Shown here in pieces: positions 36,837 through 45,314 of a stretch of DNA of 64,000 bases. A model generated the notes under the pieces. It ran no database searches, had not been told where the DNA came from, and saw nothing but the letters and a program-made list of their open reading frames with translations. Position numbers and translations under genes: made by a program. The DNA comes from Verrucomicrobiia bacterium (GTDB lineage Bacteria > Verrucomicrobiota > Verrucomicrobiia > Limisphaerales > UBA8199): NCBI GenBank assembly GCA_035934555.1, contig DASYXT010000141.1, positions 25,812 to 89,811 of the forward strand, read 5' to 3'. Every line of letters starts with the position of its first letter. Position 1 is the stretch's first letter.

Positions 36837-37982
36837 ATGAGTTCAGCAACTAGACACGAAAGTAACAGCAATGCGGCAATCGCCGAGCTCGGGGCGGGCT
36901 ACCTGGAGATCTCAGAGAAGGGTTTCGGGTTCCTGCGCACCTCCGAGAACCATTTTCACCCTAAACCGAGCGACATTTTTGTCACCCCGGATACCATCAA
37001 ACGCAATTTTCTGCGTGAAGGCAGCCTGGTCGAAGGGCCCACTCAGCCGCCGCACCGCGGCAATAGCCCTCAGCTTAAGGCCGTCGAGCGGGTAAATGGC
37101 ATGGCCTTCGACGAATACACCAAATCCGTCCGGTTCGAGAACCTGACGACGATCGACCCGATCGAGAAGTTCAGGCTGGAGACCAGCCCGGACTTGATCG
37201 AGACGCGCGTCATCGATATGGTCACCCCCATAGGTAAAGGGACCCGCGGCCTGATCGTGGCGCCGCCCCGCACGGGCAAAACGACCATTCTCAAGCAGAT
37301 CGCCAACGCCGTCACCACCAACCACCCGGAGGTCTTCGTGCTGGTGTTGCTGATCGACGAGCGGCCCGAGGAAGTCACCGACTTCCAACGGTCGGTCAAA
37401 GCGGAAGTGGTGGCCTCGAGCAACGACCAGGACCTCGAGACGCATGTGCGCCTGTCGCGGTTCATGATCGAGCGCTGCCGCCGCATGGTCGAAGCCGGCA
37501 AAGACGCTTTCGTGCTGCTGGATTCGATTACGCGCGTCGCGCGCGCCTATAACAGCGTGCATGGCGGCAGCGGCCGGACCATGACCGGCGGCGTGGACGC
37601 CCGGGCGCTGGAAATCCCGCGCAAGATGTTCGCCTCCGCCCGCAAGATCGAAGAAGGCGGTTCGCTGACGATCCTGGCCACCGCGCTGGTGGACACCGGT
37701 TCGCGCATGGATGAACTGATTTTCCAGGAGTTCAAAGGCACCGGCAATATGGAGCTGATCCTCGACCGGAAGCTTTCGGACCGGCGGTTGTTTCCCGCGA
37801 TTGACATCCCCAAGAGCGGCACCCGCAAAGAGGAGAAGCTGTTTCCGAAGCACCAGATTGAAGCCGTGCGCAAACTACGGCGCACCATGGTGGACCTCAA
37901 CCCGGTTGAAGCAATGGAAACATTGGTCGCGGCGCTGAAGAAGCACAAGACCAACGAAGAACTGCTCTCCAAGCTGGTGTAA
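36837..37982 (+). CDS. rho: transcription termination factor Rho (short N-terminus)
   Basis: GYLEISEKGFGFLR (the OB/CSD-like RNA-binding domain), Walker A PPRTGKTT, LLIDERPEEV, GGSLTILATALVDTGSRMDE and FKGTGNMEL. At 381 aa, the N-terminal helical bundle of E. coli Rho appears to be absent. Confidence 0.95.
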   Translation: MSSATRHESNSNAAIAELGAGYLEISEKGFGFLRTSENHFHPKPSDIFVTPDTIKRNFLREGSLVEGPTQPPHRGNSPQLKAVERVNGMAFDEYTKSVRFENLTTIDPIEKFRLETSPDLIETRVIDMVTPIGKGTRGLIVAPPRTGKTTILKQIANAVTTNHPEVFVLVLLIDERPEEVTDFQRSVKAEVVASSNDQDLETHVRLSRFMIERCRRMVEAGKDAFVLLDSITRVARAYNSVHGGSGRTMTGGVDARALEIPRKMFASARKIEEGGSLTILATALVDTGSRMDELIFQEFKGTGNMELILDRKLSDRRLFPAIDIPKSGTRKEEKLFPKHQIEAVRKLRRTMVDLNPVEAMETLVAALKKHKTNEELLSKLV

Positions 37983-37993
37983 AGAAAAACCCC

Positions 37994-38974
37994 GTGAGCG
38001 CCGTGGCCCAACTGCGGCAGCGCCCGCCGCTGGAGCGGATGCTACGCATTCACCAGGCACTCCAGCCTGCCTCTTACCCAACGGTTCAGAACCTGGCGAT
38101 TGATCTGGAAGTCAGCTCCAAATCCATTCACCGGGACCTGGAGTTTATGCGCGACCGGTTGAATTTGCCGGTGGCGTTTGATCGCACCCGGCGCGGCTAC
38201 TATTACACCGAGGAGGTAACAGCCTTTCCCACCGTGCAGATCAGCGAAGGCGAGCTGTTCGCGTTGCTGGTGGCTGAAAAAGCGCTGCAGCAGTATCGGG
38301 GCACGAGCTTCGAAAAGCCGTTGTTGAGCGCAATCAAAAAGATGGAGCAGTCCTTGCCCGATACCATTTCGTTGGACCTGGCGGAGGTCGAGAAAACAAT
38401 TTCTTTCCGCACGCGAGCGGAGCCGATTCTGGAACTGAAGGTGTTTGAACTGCTGGCCAAAGCGACCGCGGCGCGGCAGCAACTCGAGTTGACGTACCGC
38501 AAACCCGGGCATGAGCAATCCGAACGGCGCATCGTCGATCCGTATCACCTGGCAAATATCAACGGCGAGTGGTTCCTGTTCGCCTACGACCATTTACGAG
38601 CCGACATTCGCACCTTCGTGCCGGCCCGGATCAAGGCCGCGCGCCTCACTGGAAAAAGTTTCGCGCGCAGCCAGAAGTTCTCGCTCGATCAGCGCCTGCG
38701 CGACAGCTTCGGCGTGCAGTCCGGGCAAGGTCAGTTCGGGGTCGTCATCCGCTTCGCGCCGGAGGTCGCCGACTACGTTCGTGAAAAGAAATGGCATGAA
38801 TCGCAGCAGGTGCGCGAGTTGCCTGGCGGCGGTGTGGAATTGAGCATGACCCTTTCGGGCCTGGCAGAAGTGGAGCGCTGGGTCTTGAGTTGGGGAGGCA
38901 AAGCGGTGGTGGTGCGGCCACCTGAGCTGGCTAAAGCCGTACGGCAGGCGGCGGAAAGAATTTTGAAAGCATAG
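37994..38974 (+). CDS. HTH + WYL domain transcriptional regulator (PafBC-like)
   Basis: It has an N-terminal wHTH (LERMLRIHQALQ...YPTVQNLAIDLEVSSKSIHRDLEFM) and a WYL domain (RRIVDPYHLANINGEWFLFAYDH...RTFVPARI). It starts at a GTG 11 nt after the rho stop. Confidence 0.85.
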   Translation: MSAVAQLRQRPPLERMLRIHQALQPASYPTVQNLAIDLEVSSKSIHRDLEFMRDRLNLPVAFDRTRRGYYYTEEVTAFPTVQISEGELFALLVAEKALQQYRGTSFEKPLLSAIKKMEQSLPDTISLDLAEVEKTISFRTRAEPILELKVFELLAKATAARQQLELTYRKPGHEQSERRIVDPYHLANINGEWFLFAYDHLRADIRTFVPARIKAARLTGKSFARSQKFSLDQRLRDSFGVQSGQGQFGVVIRFAPEVADYVREKKWHESQQVRELPGGGVELSMTLSGLAEVERWVLSWGGKAVVVRPPELAKAVRQAAERILKA

Positions 38975-38985
38975 GGTTCCACGGC

Positions 38986-40104
38986 TCAGGCCTGAAGCAC
39001 ACGCCGGTAAAGCGCCTCGTATCGCGGCACAATCGCCTCGGCAGAAAATGCCTTTCGAGCGCGCGTTTGCGCCGCCGCGCCAAGCATCTGAAGGCGGTCT
39101 CGATCATTGATCAATTCCTGAACCGCGCCGGCGATGGCCGCCGCATCCGCCGAGGACACCAGCACACCACTGACGTTTTGCTCGACCACCTCAGGGATGC
39201 CCCCGACGGCCCGCGCCACGCTCGGCACCGCCGCACACATCCCCTCCAGTATGCTCAAACAGAAACTCTCCGTATCCGAGGTGTAAAGACCCAGATCAGC
39301 CACCTGCAGGTAATCTTCAATCTGGTTGATTTTTTCCAGCACGACTAGCCGGTCTTCGAGGGCCAGCCGCCGGGCCTGCTCTAAATGCGGCCCGAAGCTG
39401 TCGCCGGCCAGAATGATCATTTTGAACGCGCTGCGTGGCTGGATGCGCGCGGCAGTTTCCAGCAGCAGATCAATCCGTTTCAATGGCCGCAGGTTGGACG
39501 CATGCAGCAGCACAAACTGGCCGTCAACTCCCAGCTCGCGCCGCACGTCTGCCGCGGACCGGCCCGGCGGGCGAGGCTCGAAAAAATTGGGAATAACATC
39601 GATAGGCCGTTCGAGCCCAAGCAACTCGCGCGTTTCCCGTTCGAGGAAAGCGGACACCGCCGTCACCGCGTCCGACTGTTCGAGCGCATAACGGATCGCC
39701 GGACCGTATCCTGGGTCGCGCCCCAGCAAGGTGGTGTCGGTGCCGTGCAAAGTGGTTACCAGGCGGGGGCGGCGCTCAGCCGGCAGCATGGCGCGCGCGA
39801 GCAACGCTGCGGTAGCATGCGGGACCGCGTAATGGGCATGCAGCACATCGAGACGATGTTCGAGCGTCAGCTCGGCCATCTTCACGGACAACGGCAGCGT
39901 GTAATCCGGGTATTTGAACAGGCCGTAGTCGTTGACATCGACCGGGTGGAAATGCAGGCGGGGCGCATGCTCGGGCAAGCGGAACGGCCGTTCGTAACTG
40001 ATGAAATGCACCTCGTGCCCGCGCCGGGCCAGCTCTTCGCCCAGGGCGGAGGCAAGAATGCCGCTGCCGCCAACCGAAGGATAGCAGGTGATGCCGATGT
40101 TCAT
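38986..40104 (-). CDS. bshA: N-acetyl-alpha-D-glucosaminyl L-malate synthase (bacillithiol biosynthesis GT4)
   Basis: MNIGITCYPSVGGSGILASALGEELARRGHEVHFIS...HAHYAVPHA...TTLHGTDTTLLG closely follows B. subtilis BshA along its length. Confidence 0.85.
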   Translation of the reverse strand: MNIGITCYPSVGGSGILASALGEELARRGHEVHFISYERPFRLPEHAPRLHFHPVDVNDYGLFKYPDYTLPLSVKMAELTLEHRLDVLHAHYAVPHATAALLARAMLPAERRPRLVTTLHGTDTTLLGRDPGYGPAIRYALEQSDAVTAVSAFLERETRELLGLERPIDVIPNFFEPRPPGRSAADVRRELGVDGQFVLLHASNLRPLKRIDLLLETAARIQPRSAFKMIILAGDSFGPHLEQARRLALEDRLVVLEKINQIEDYLQVADLGLYTSDTESFCLSILEGMCAAVPSVARAVGGIPEVVEQNVSGVLVSSADAAAIAGAVQELINDRDRLQMLGAAAQTRARKAFSAEAIVPRYEALYRRVLQA

Positions 40105-40119
40105 CAGGCGGTTGGTGGC

Positions 40120-40857
40120 TCAAAACGTGCGCGCGCCGCGGCCCAAAGCCGCCAGCGAATCCAACAGCAGCAGGTTGGCAGGGAATAGCGCCATGGCGTG
40201 GCCGACTCCGGCACGCAGACCTTGAACACGGGCGCGACTCACTTGCAGCTCGACGTAATTGCGAGTCTGGCCCTGCGAGGCATGGGCCTGCATGGCAGCC
40301 GTCCACGCCGCGACAATTTCGGGCGCTGAAATATCGAACAGCAGCCGCGGCAGGTCGGTCGGCTCCGCCTCAGGGGTTACCGCGTAATAAAGTAGATGCT
40401 GAATGGCGTGCGCGGGCCATGAGAGCAACTCGGCAACGCCGCCGTAACGGGCGAGCCGCGCCGCATCGCGCACAATTCGCCCCAGGCGCGCATGGTCAGG
40501 ATGCTGATTCTCAGGCAGGCTCGGCGCCAGGACCAGCTCGGGTCGCAAACGGCGCAGCAACCCGGCGATTTTCAGGATGTGACTGGCGCGGACCTCCAGG
40601 TGCGCGTCGCCGTCCAGCTCGATAAACTCGATGGTGGCGCCAAGCAAGCTGGCGGCCTTTTCCGCTTCGGCGACGCGCTGCTCCGATGTGCCGTGGGTAG
40701 CCGCTTCGCCGCGGGAACAGACGACCAGGTGCGCCGCTCGGCCCGCCCGCGTTTCCCGCGCGATGATTCCGCCGCAGCCAAACTCGACATCATCGGGGTG
40801 GGCGCCAAAGGCGACAATGGGCAGGCCAGGTGGGAGGTTTGCGTTCGTCATGGCCAT
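40120..40857 (-). CDS. bshB: PIG-L family deacetylase (BshB-like)
   Basis: VAFGAHPDDVEFGCGG and HPDH are LmbE/PIG-L motifs. It is adjacent to and co-oriented with bshA. Confidence 0.7.
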   Translation of the reverse strand: MAMTNANLPPGLPIVAFGAHPDDVEFGCGGIIARETRAGRAAHLVVCSRGEAATHGTSEQRVAEAEKAASLLGATIEFIELDGDAHLEVRASHILKIAGLLRRLRPELVLAPSLPENQHPDHARLGRIVRDAARLARYGGVAELLSWPAHAIQHLLYYAVTPEAEPTDLPRLLFDISAPEIVAAWTAAMQAHASQGQTRNYVELQVSRARVQGLRAGVGHAMALFPANLLLLDSLAALGRGARTF

Positions 40858-40870
40858 CGAGAACAGTAAC

Positions 40871-40898
40871 CGCTAATCAACGCTAATCAACGCTAATT
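40871..40898. repeat. 10-bp tandem repeat (cgctaatcaa x 2.8)
   Basis: Read directly from the sequence. Two short GC hairpins follow, at 40941..40955 and 40964..40980. Confidence 0.85.
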
Positions 40899-41037
40899 GG
40901 AAGGCCGTGTAGTTTACAGGTTACGAGCGCGGTGAAACAGGCGGCAGGATGCCGCCCGCACTGGCAGCCTGGAAGGCTGCCGCTACGTGGTGCCGATAGG
41001 ATAGCCGCGGCAACGACGCCGCGGTTACGGGCGGCTG

Positions 41038-42471
41038 CTACGCCAAGCCAAAGCCGTGGCGATAATGGCGTTTCACAAACCGCGCGGCCTCGGGCGCGTT
41101 AGTCGCTTCCATCTTCGGACCGTTCCATTCGAGCTTGTGGCCGACGCGCAACGCCACCGAGCCGAGCAAAATGATCTCGGTCAGATAAGCGGCGATGTCG
41201 AAGTTCGAGTAGGGAGTTGGGCCGCCTTTGCAGGCAGCGATCCATTCGAGGTGCTGCCGGTGATCGGAGTCGCCCTTGTGCGGATTGCGCGGGATGGTGA
41301 CCGGAACCTCTTTAACAGCGGGATGATTGTTGCCGTGCACCAGTTCCTTCTCGTCATTGAGTTTGAGGAAGAACTGCGTGCCGTAATCGTCGGGCGAGAA
41401 CAATTGCCCTTTGTCCCCGATGACGAGACAGCCTGAGCTGGGCACATTATCCTGCAAGGCTTTGATGGCCTGGGTGATTTCCGGGTTCGGGCGCAGCGGT
41501 TGAACCGAGTGATCGTCAGGGTTGCCGTCATACCAGAAGAATTCGGTTTCGGGCAGGCCTTCGCGTTCGGGAAACACAAAGCGAATCTTGGAAGTCTTGG
41601 GAAACGTATCCGGATTGAGCGGCGAATGGTCCACCAGCTCGACGAGGCTGGGATAACCCAACTTCGCGCCGCGGAACGGCAGGTTGGCGGTATGACAGGC
41701 CATGTCGCCGAGGGCGCCAGTGCCGAAATCAAACCAACCACGCCACTTGAATGGCTGATACACGTCTTTCTTGTACGGACGCTCAGGAGCAGGTCCCAGC
41801 CAAATGTCCCATTTCAAGCTGCTGGGAACGGGGTCCTCCCCCGGCGGCGTGGTGATGCCTTGCGGCCAAATCGGGCGGTTGGTCCAGACGTGAATCTGGC
41901 GAATGGGGCCGATGACGCCCGCCTGGAGCACCTCAACACCGCGGCGCAAGCCGTCTTCGGCGCTCCCTTGGTTGCCCATCTGCGTGACGACCCCGTATTC
42001 CTTTGCCAGGCGGCGCAAGTAGCGCGCTTCATAAACGGTCTGCGTCAACGGTTTCTGGCAGTAAACGTGTTTGCCCATTTTGATCGCAGTCGAGGCGACC
42101 AAGGCATGACAATGGTCCGGTGTGGACACAGTGACGGCATCGACGTTCTTGCCTTCTTTCTCGAGCATCTCGCGCCAGTCAGAATAGAATTTGGCATTGG
42201 GAAAGCGCCTTCGCGAGTTGCCGGCCATGTTCTCATCTACGTCGGCCATCGCCACGATGTCTTCGCCCCCGCAATGCTCGATGTCGCTCTCCCCTTTGCC
42301 GCCCGCGCCGACGCAGGCGATGCGCAGCTTCTCGTTGGGGCTGACCATCTGGCCCTTGGGCCGGGCGTAAGCGTGCAACGCGGAAGCCCCCGCCGTGGCA
42401 AGCGCGGAGTAGTAGAGGAATTTGCGGCGGGTCATCCCCGAGTTCGAGACAGAAGAATCGTGTTTAGACAT
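41038..42471 (-). CDS. Gfo/Idh/MocA-family oxidoreductase with Tat signal
   Basis: The twin-arginine leader is MTRRKFLYYSALATAGASALHAYA, and the Rossmann motif is LRIACVGAGGKG. Confidence 0.88.
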   Translation of the reverse strand: MSKHDSSVSNSGMTRRKFLYYSALATAGASALHAYARPKGQMVSPNEKLRIACVGAGGKGESDIEHCGGEDIVAMADVDENMAGNSRRRFPNAKFYSDWREMLEKEGKNVDAVTVSTPDHCHALVASTAIKMGKHVYCQKPLTQTVYEARYLRRLAKEYGVVTQMGNQGSAEDGLRRGVEVLQAGVIGPIRQIHVWTNRPIWPQGITTPPGEDPVPSSLKWDIWLGPAPERPYKKDVYQPFKWRGWFDFGTGALGDMACHTANLPFRGAKLGYPSLVELVDHSPLNPDTFPKTSKIRFVFPEREGLPETEFFWYDGNPDDHSVQPLRPNPEITQAIKALQDNVPSSGCLVIGDKGQLFSPDDYGTQFFLKLNDEKELVHGNNHPAVKEVPVTIPRNPHKGDSDHRQHLEWIAACKGGPTPYSNFDIAAYLTEIILLGSVALRVGHKLEWNGPKMEATNAPEAARFVKRHYRHGFGLA

Positions 42472-42528
42472 ACGAATTTCCTACGCAGTCCCAGGCCCGC
42501 AGACAAGGATAATTTATGGCTCCCCGTC

Positions 42529-43983
42529 TCAGAGCGTCCACCCGTTACGGTAATGCCGCCGCACGTACTGGGCCGCTTCGGGCGCGTTCTTCGCGCGCAT
42601 GTGCGGTCCATCCCATTCGAGTTTCTTCCCGACGCGCAGCGCGACGCAGCCCAACAGGATGATCTCCGTCAGGTAAGCCGCGATATCGAAATTGGAGTAG
42701 CCGGGTGTGCCGCCTTTGCAAGCCGCGATCCATTCGAGGTGCTGGCGCTGGTCGGGCGAACCGGCGCAAGCGTTGCGCGGCAGCGTTTGCGGGATGGCTT
42801 TGACCGCTTCGTGATTGTTGCCGCGAACGAGTTCTTTTTCGTCGTTGAGCTTCACGAAAAAGTTCAGGTCCTGGTCGCCGTCATCGGGCGAGAACACCAT
42901 TCCTTTTTCGCCGATCATCAGGCAGCCGCTGCCCGAGACCTCATCCTGCAAGGCCACAATAGGGGCAGTCACATCTGTGGGTGGTTTATTGCCGCCGTCA
43001 GACCAGTGAAAAGTCACCGGCGGCATGCCCTCGCGCGCGGGAAACTCAAAGCGGATCCTCGAACTCTTCGGATACATTTCCTTGTTCATGCCGGAGGATT
43101 CGGCTTCGATTTCGGTTGGGTAACCCAGGTTCAACGCGCGAAACGGCCAGTTCACCGTGTGACACGCCATATCCCCAAGGGCGCCGGTGCCGAAATCCTG
43201 CCACCCGCGCCACACGAACGGTTCGTACACACCTCGGCGCCGGCGGCGCCCACCGGCAGCCGGGTCGGAGTCGGGCCAATACGCCTTGTACGGCCGCAAG
43301 GGAGCGGTGCCGAGCCACAGGTCCCAATCGAGATTGGCAGGCACAGGGTCGGAGCCGGGTGGCCGGTCCAGTCCTTGTGGCCAGATCGGGCGGTTGGTCC
43401 ACACATAGGCCTGGTGGACTGGGCCGATCAAGCCGGCCTGGACCACCTCCACGGCACGGCGCAAGCCATCCGAGGCGCTGCCCTGGTTGCCCATTTGGGT
43501 AGCGACCTTGTACTTGCGAGCGAGGTCGCGCAGCGTGCGCGCTTCGAACACATCATGTGTCAGCGGTTTCTGGCAGTACACGTGCTTGCCCATCTTGATC
43601 GCCATCGCGGCAATCGGCGCGTGCATGTGGTCGGGCACCGCGATATCAACGGCATCGACCGATTTCTCCTTCTCGAGCAGCTCGCGAAAATCCTTGTAAA
43701 ACTTCGCGTCCGGATGGTTGTTGCGCGCCGCGGCGGCCGCGTCGCCATCCACAACATCACAGAGCGCGACGATGTTCTCGCTCGAACACCAATGCAGGTC
43801 GCTGCTCCCCTTGCCACCACAACCAATGACGGCAATGTTAAGTTTGTCATTGGGGGAAACGCGCCTGGGTTTGGGCCGTGCATAGCCGGTGAGCGCCGTC
43901 GAGGTGGCGGCGAGGGCGGAGTAGTAGATGAATTGGCGGCGGGTGATCGCAGTTTTTGAGGACGAAACAACAGGCTTGCTCAT
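42529..43983 (-). CDS. Gfo/Idh/MocA-family oxidoreductase with Tat signal (paralog)
   Basis: ITRRQFIYYSALAATSTALTGYA and LNIAVIGCGGKG. It is collinear with the neighbouring paralog (for example HVYCQKPLT and GALGDMACHT are present in both). Confidence 0.88.
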   Translation of the reverse strand: MSKPVVSSSKTAITRRQFIYYSALAATSTALTGYARPKPRRVSPNDKLNIAVIGCGGKGSSDLHWCSSENIVALCDVVDGDAAAAARNNHPDAKFYKDFRELLEKEKSVDAVDIAVPDHMHAPIAAMAIKMGKHVYCQKPLTHDVFEARTLRDLARKYKVATQMGNQGSASDGLRRAVEVVQAGLIGPVHQAYVWTNRPIWPQGLDRPPGSDPVPANLDWDLWLGTAPLRPYKAYWPDSDPAAGGRRRRRGVYEPFVWRGWQDFGTGALGDMACHTVNWPFRALNLGYPTEIEAESSGMNKEMYPKSSRIRFEFPAREGMPPVTFHWSDGGNKPPTDVTAPIVALQDEVSGSGCLMIGEKGMVFSPDDGDQDLNFFVKLNDEKELVRGNNHEAVKAIPQTLPRNACAGSPDQRQHLEWIAACKGGTPGYSNFDIAAYLTEIILLGCVALRVGKKLEWDGPHMRAKNAPEAAQYVRRHYRNGWTL

Positions 43984-44030
43984 GCGAAATTCCTACGCCA
44001 CAAGCCCTTGCTGCACAAGATAATTTTGCG

Positions 44031-44144
44031 GAGCGCGGACTTTAGCTTCAGTCCGCAGCAACGCCTGCATTCTCAAGCGCGCGACGAACATTATCCAAGC
44101 CCACTCCCAGTTCGATGATTGCTGCGGATTGAAGTCCGCGCTCC
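44031..44144. repeat. two REP-like element copies upstream of the WXG/FtsK operon
   Basis: 44031..44063 (gagcgcggactttagcttcagtccgcagcaacg) and 44117..44144 (gattgctgcggattgaagtccgcgctcc). They belong to the same family as 17069..17278 and 24456..24482. Confidence 0.8.
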
Positions 44145-44229
44145 TGCTGCGAATCGACATTGCGCAAGCCCTGCTTGCTATTTATCGTTACAGAGATGGT
44201 CACATCTGTTTTGGCGCATTAGAGGTCAT

Positions 44230-44502
44230 ATGGCACAGGCAATCATGGATCCGGAGCAGGTTCGGCGTTTTGCCGACGAACTGAAGCGGTTCAACGCCGA
44301 ACTGGCGGACCGGATCGCTTCGTTACAGGCGCGCTTTTCCGCCTTGGGCGATACCTGGCAGGACCAGGAACACGTCAAATTCGCCGAGGAATTTAAACAG
44401 ACGATGAAGGCGTTGAAGAAGTTCGTGGAGATTTCCAATCAGCAAACGCCGTTCCTGTTGCGCAAGGCGCAGCGCATCGAGGAGTACTTGAACCAGAAGT
44501 AG
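44230..44502 (+). CDS. WXG100/ESAT-6-like small helical protein (W-x-D variant)
   Basis: An ATG at 44230 is preceded by agagg. The 90-aa protein is predicted to be a helix-turn-helix hairpin: IMDPEQVRRFADELKRFNAELADRIASLQARFSALGDTWQDQEHVKFAEEFKQTMKAL... This parallels YukE/EsxA (I.V.PE.L...A....L.....W.G.A..AF...F), except that the G of WxG is replaced by D. Confidence 0.6.
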   Translation: MAQAIMDPEQVRRFADELKRFNAELADRIASLQARFSALGDTWQDQEHVKFAEEFKQTMKALKKFVEISNQQTPFLLRKAQRIEEYLNQK

Positions 44503-44505
44503 CCC

Positions 44506-45111
44506 ATGCCGCAGCAAGCCAAGGTCCGCGCCGTCGATGTCCTGGAGACGTTCCGCTCGAACGTAATTGTGTATTTAAGTGAGGCGCGCCCTGCCCTGGA
44601 GGAAATCACGGCGGATGTCCTGCGCTTGCGGCTCTGGTTGGAAACCGAGCAACGCACCTTTTGGGAAAGCCAGGTCCGCCTGCGCACGAAAAAACTCGAA
44701 CAGGCCCAGGCCGCCTTGTTCAGTTCACGGCTCGGCATTCTCGGCGGCGAAACTTCGGCCGAGCAAATGGCCGTGCAACGGGCTAAACGCGCGCTCGCCG
44801 AAGCCGAAACCAAATTGCGGCTGATAAAGAAGTGGGCGCGGGAGTTCGACACCCGCCTCCAGCCCCTGGTGAAGCAAATGGAAAAGCTCCACACGGTTTT
44901 TTCGAATGACATGGTCAAAGCGGTCGCGTCGCTAACGCAAACGCTCAACACGCTCGCGGCTTATGCCGACCTCAAGCCGGGCACGGGCGCGGCCACGGCA
45001 CCCTCGAGCCCCGGCACGGCAGCGGCGAGCCCGGATTCGCAACCGGCTGACCAGCCGGCCACGCCCGGCTCACTGGCCGCCTCAGGACCTCACAAGGGGG
45101 TGGCATCGTGA
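44506..45111 (+). CDS. hypothetical coiled-coil protein with P/A/S/T-rich disordered tail
   Basis: It starts 3 nt after the previous stop. About 150 helical residues carry heptad-like charge patterns, followed by GTGAATAPSSPGTAAASPDSQPADQPATPGS. No recognised domain. Confidence 0.6.
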   Translation: MPQQAKVRAVDVLETFRSNVIVYLSEARPALEEITADVLRLRLWLETEQRTFWESQVRLRTKKLEQAQAALFSSRLGILGGETSAEQMAVQRAKRALAEAETKLRLIKKWAREFDTRLQPLVKQMEKLHTVFSNDMVKAVASLTQTLNTLAAYADLKPGTGAATAPSSPGTAAASPDSQPADQPATPGSLAASGPHKGVAS

Positions 45112-45314
45112 ATTCCAATGGCGCGCGCCTGACCGCCCTTACCAAAGAGCTGTGGGCGCAATGGCTGCAAACAAAACACTACTGGACCGATGTGAAGGGG
45201 CAGGAATTTGAGCAGAAGTATCTCCAGGAACTCGTCCATACGGTCGATAAGACGGCCACCGTCATCGAGCAACTGGACAAGGTGATGGCACGGATCAAAC
45301 AAGATTGTGAGTAG
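45108..45314 (+). CDS. small helical protein, second WXG-like (W-x-D) paralog
   Basis: The GTG start overlaps the previous stop (GTGA). The 68-aa protein contains ...LWAQWLQTKHYWTDVKGQEFEQKYLQEL..., which repeats the W-x-D-(x2-3)-EF-x2-(F/Y) core of the 90-aa protein. Confidence 0.5.
   Translation: MNSNGARLTALTKELWAQWLQTKHYWTDVKGQEFEQKYLQELVHTVDKTATVIEQLDKVMARIKQDCE

Noticed and set aside
41500-43959. 819-aa plus-strand ORF spanning both oxidoreductase genes
   Set aside because: It is antisense to two clearly recognisable Gfo/Idh/MocA genes with Tat signals. Its translation is Arg/Ala/Gly/His-rich with no motifs and crosses the intergenic gap. This is a typical long antisense ORF of GC-rich DNA.
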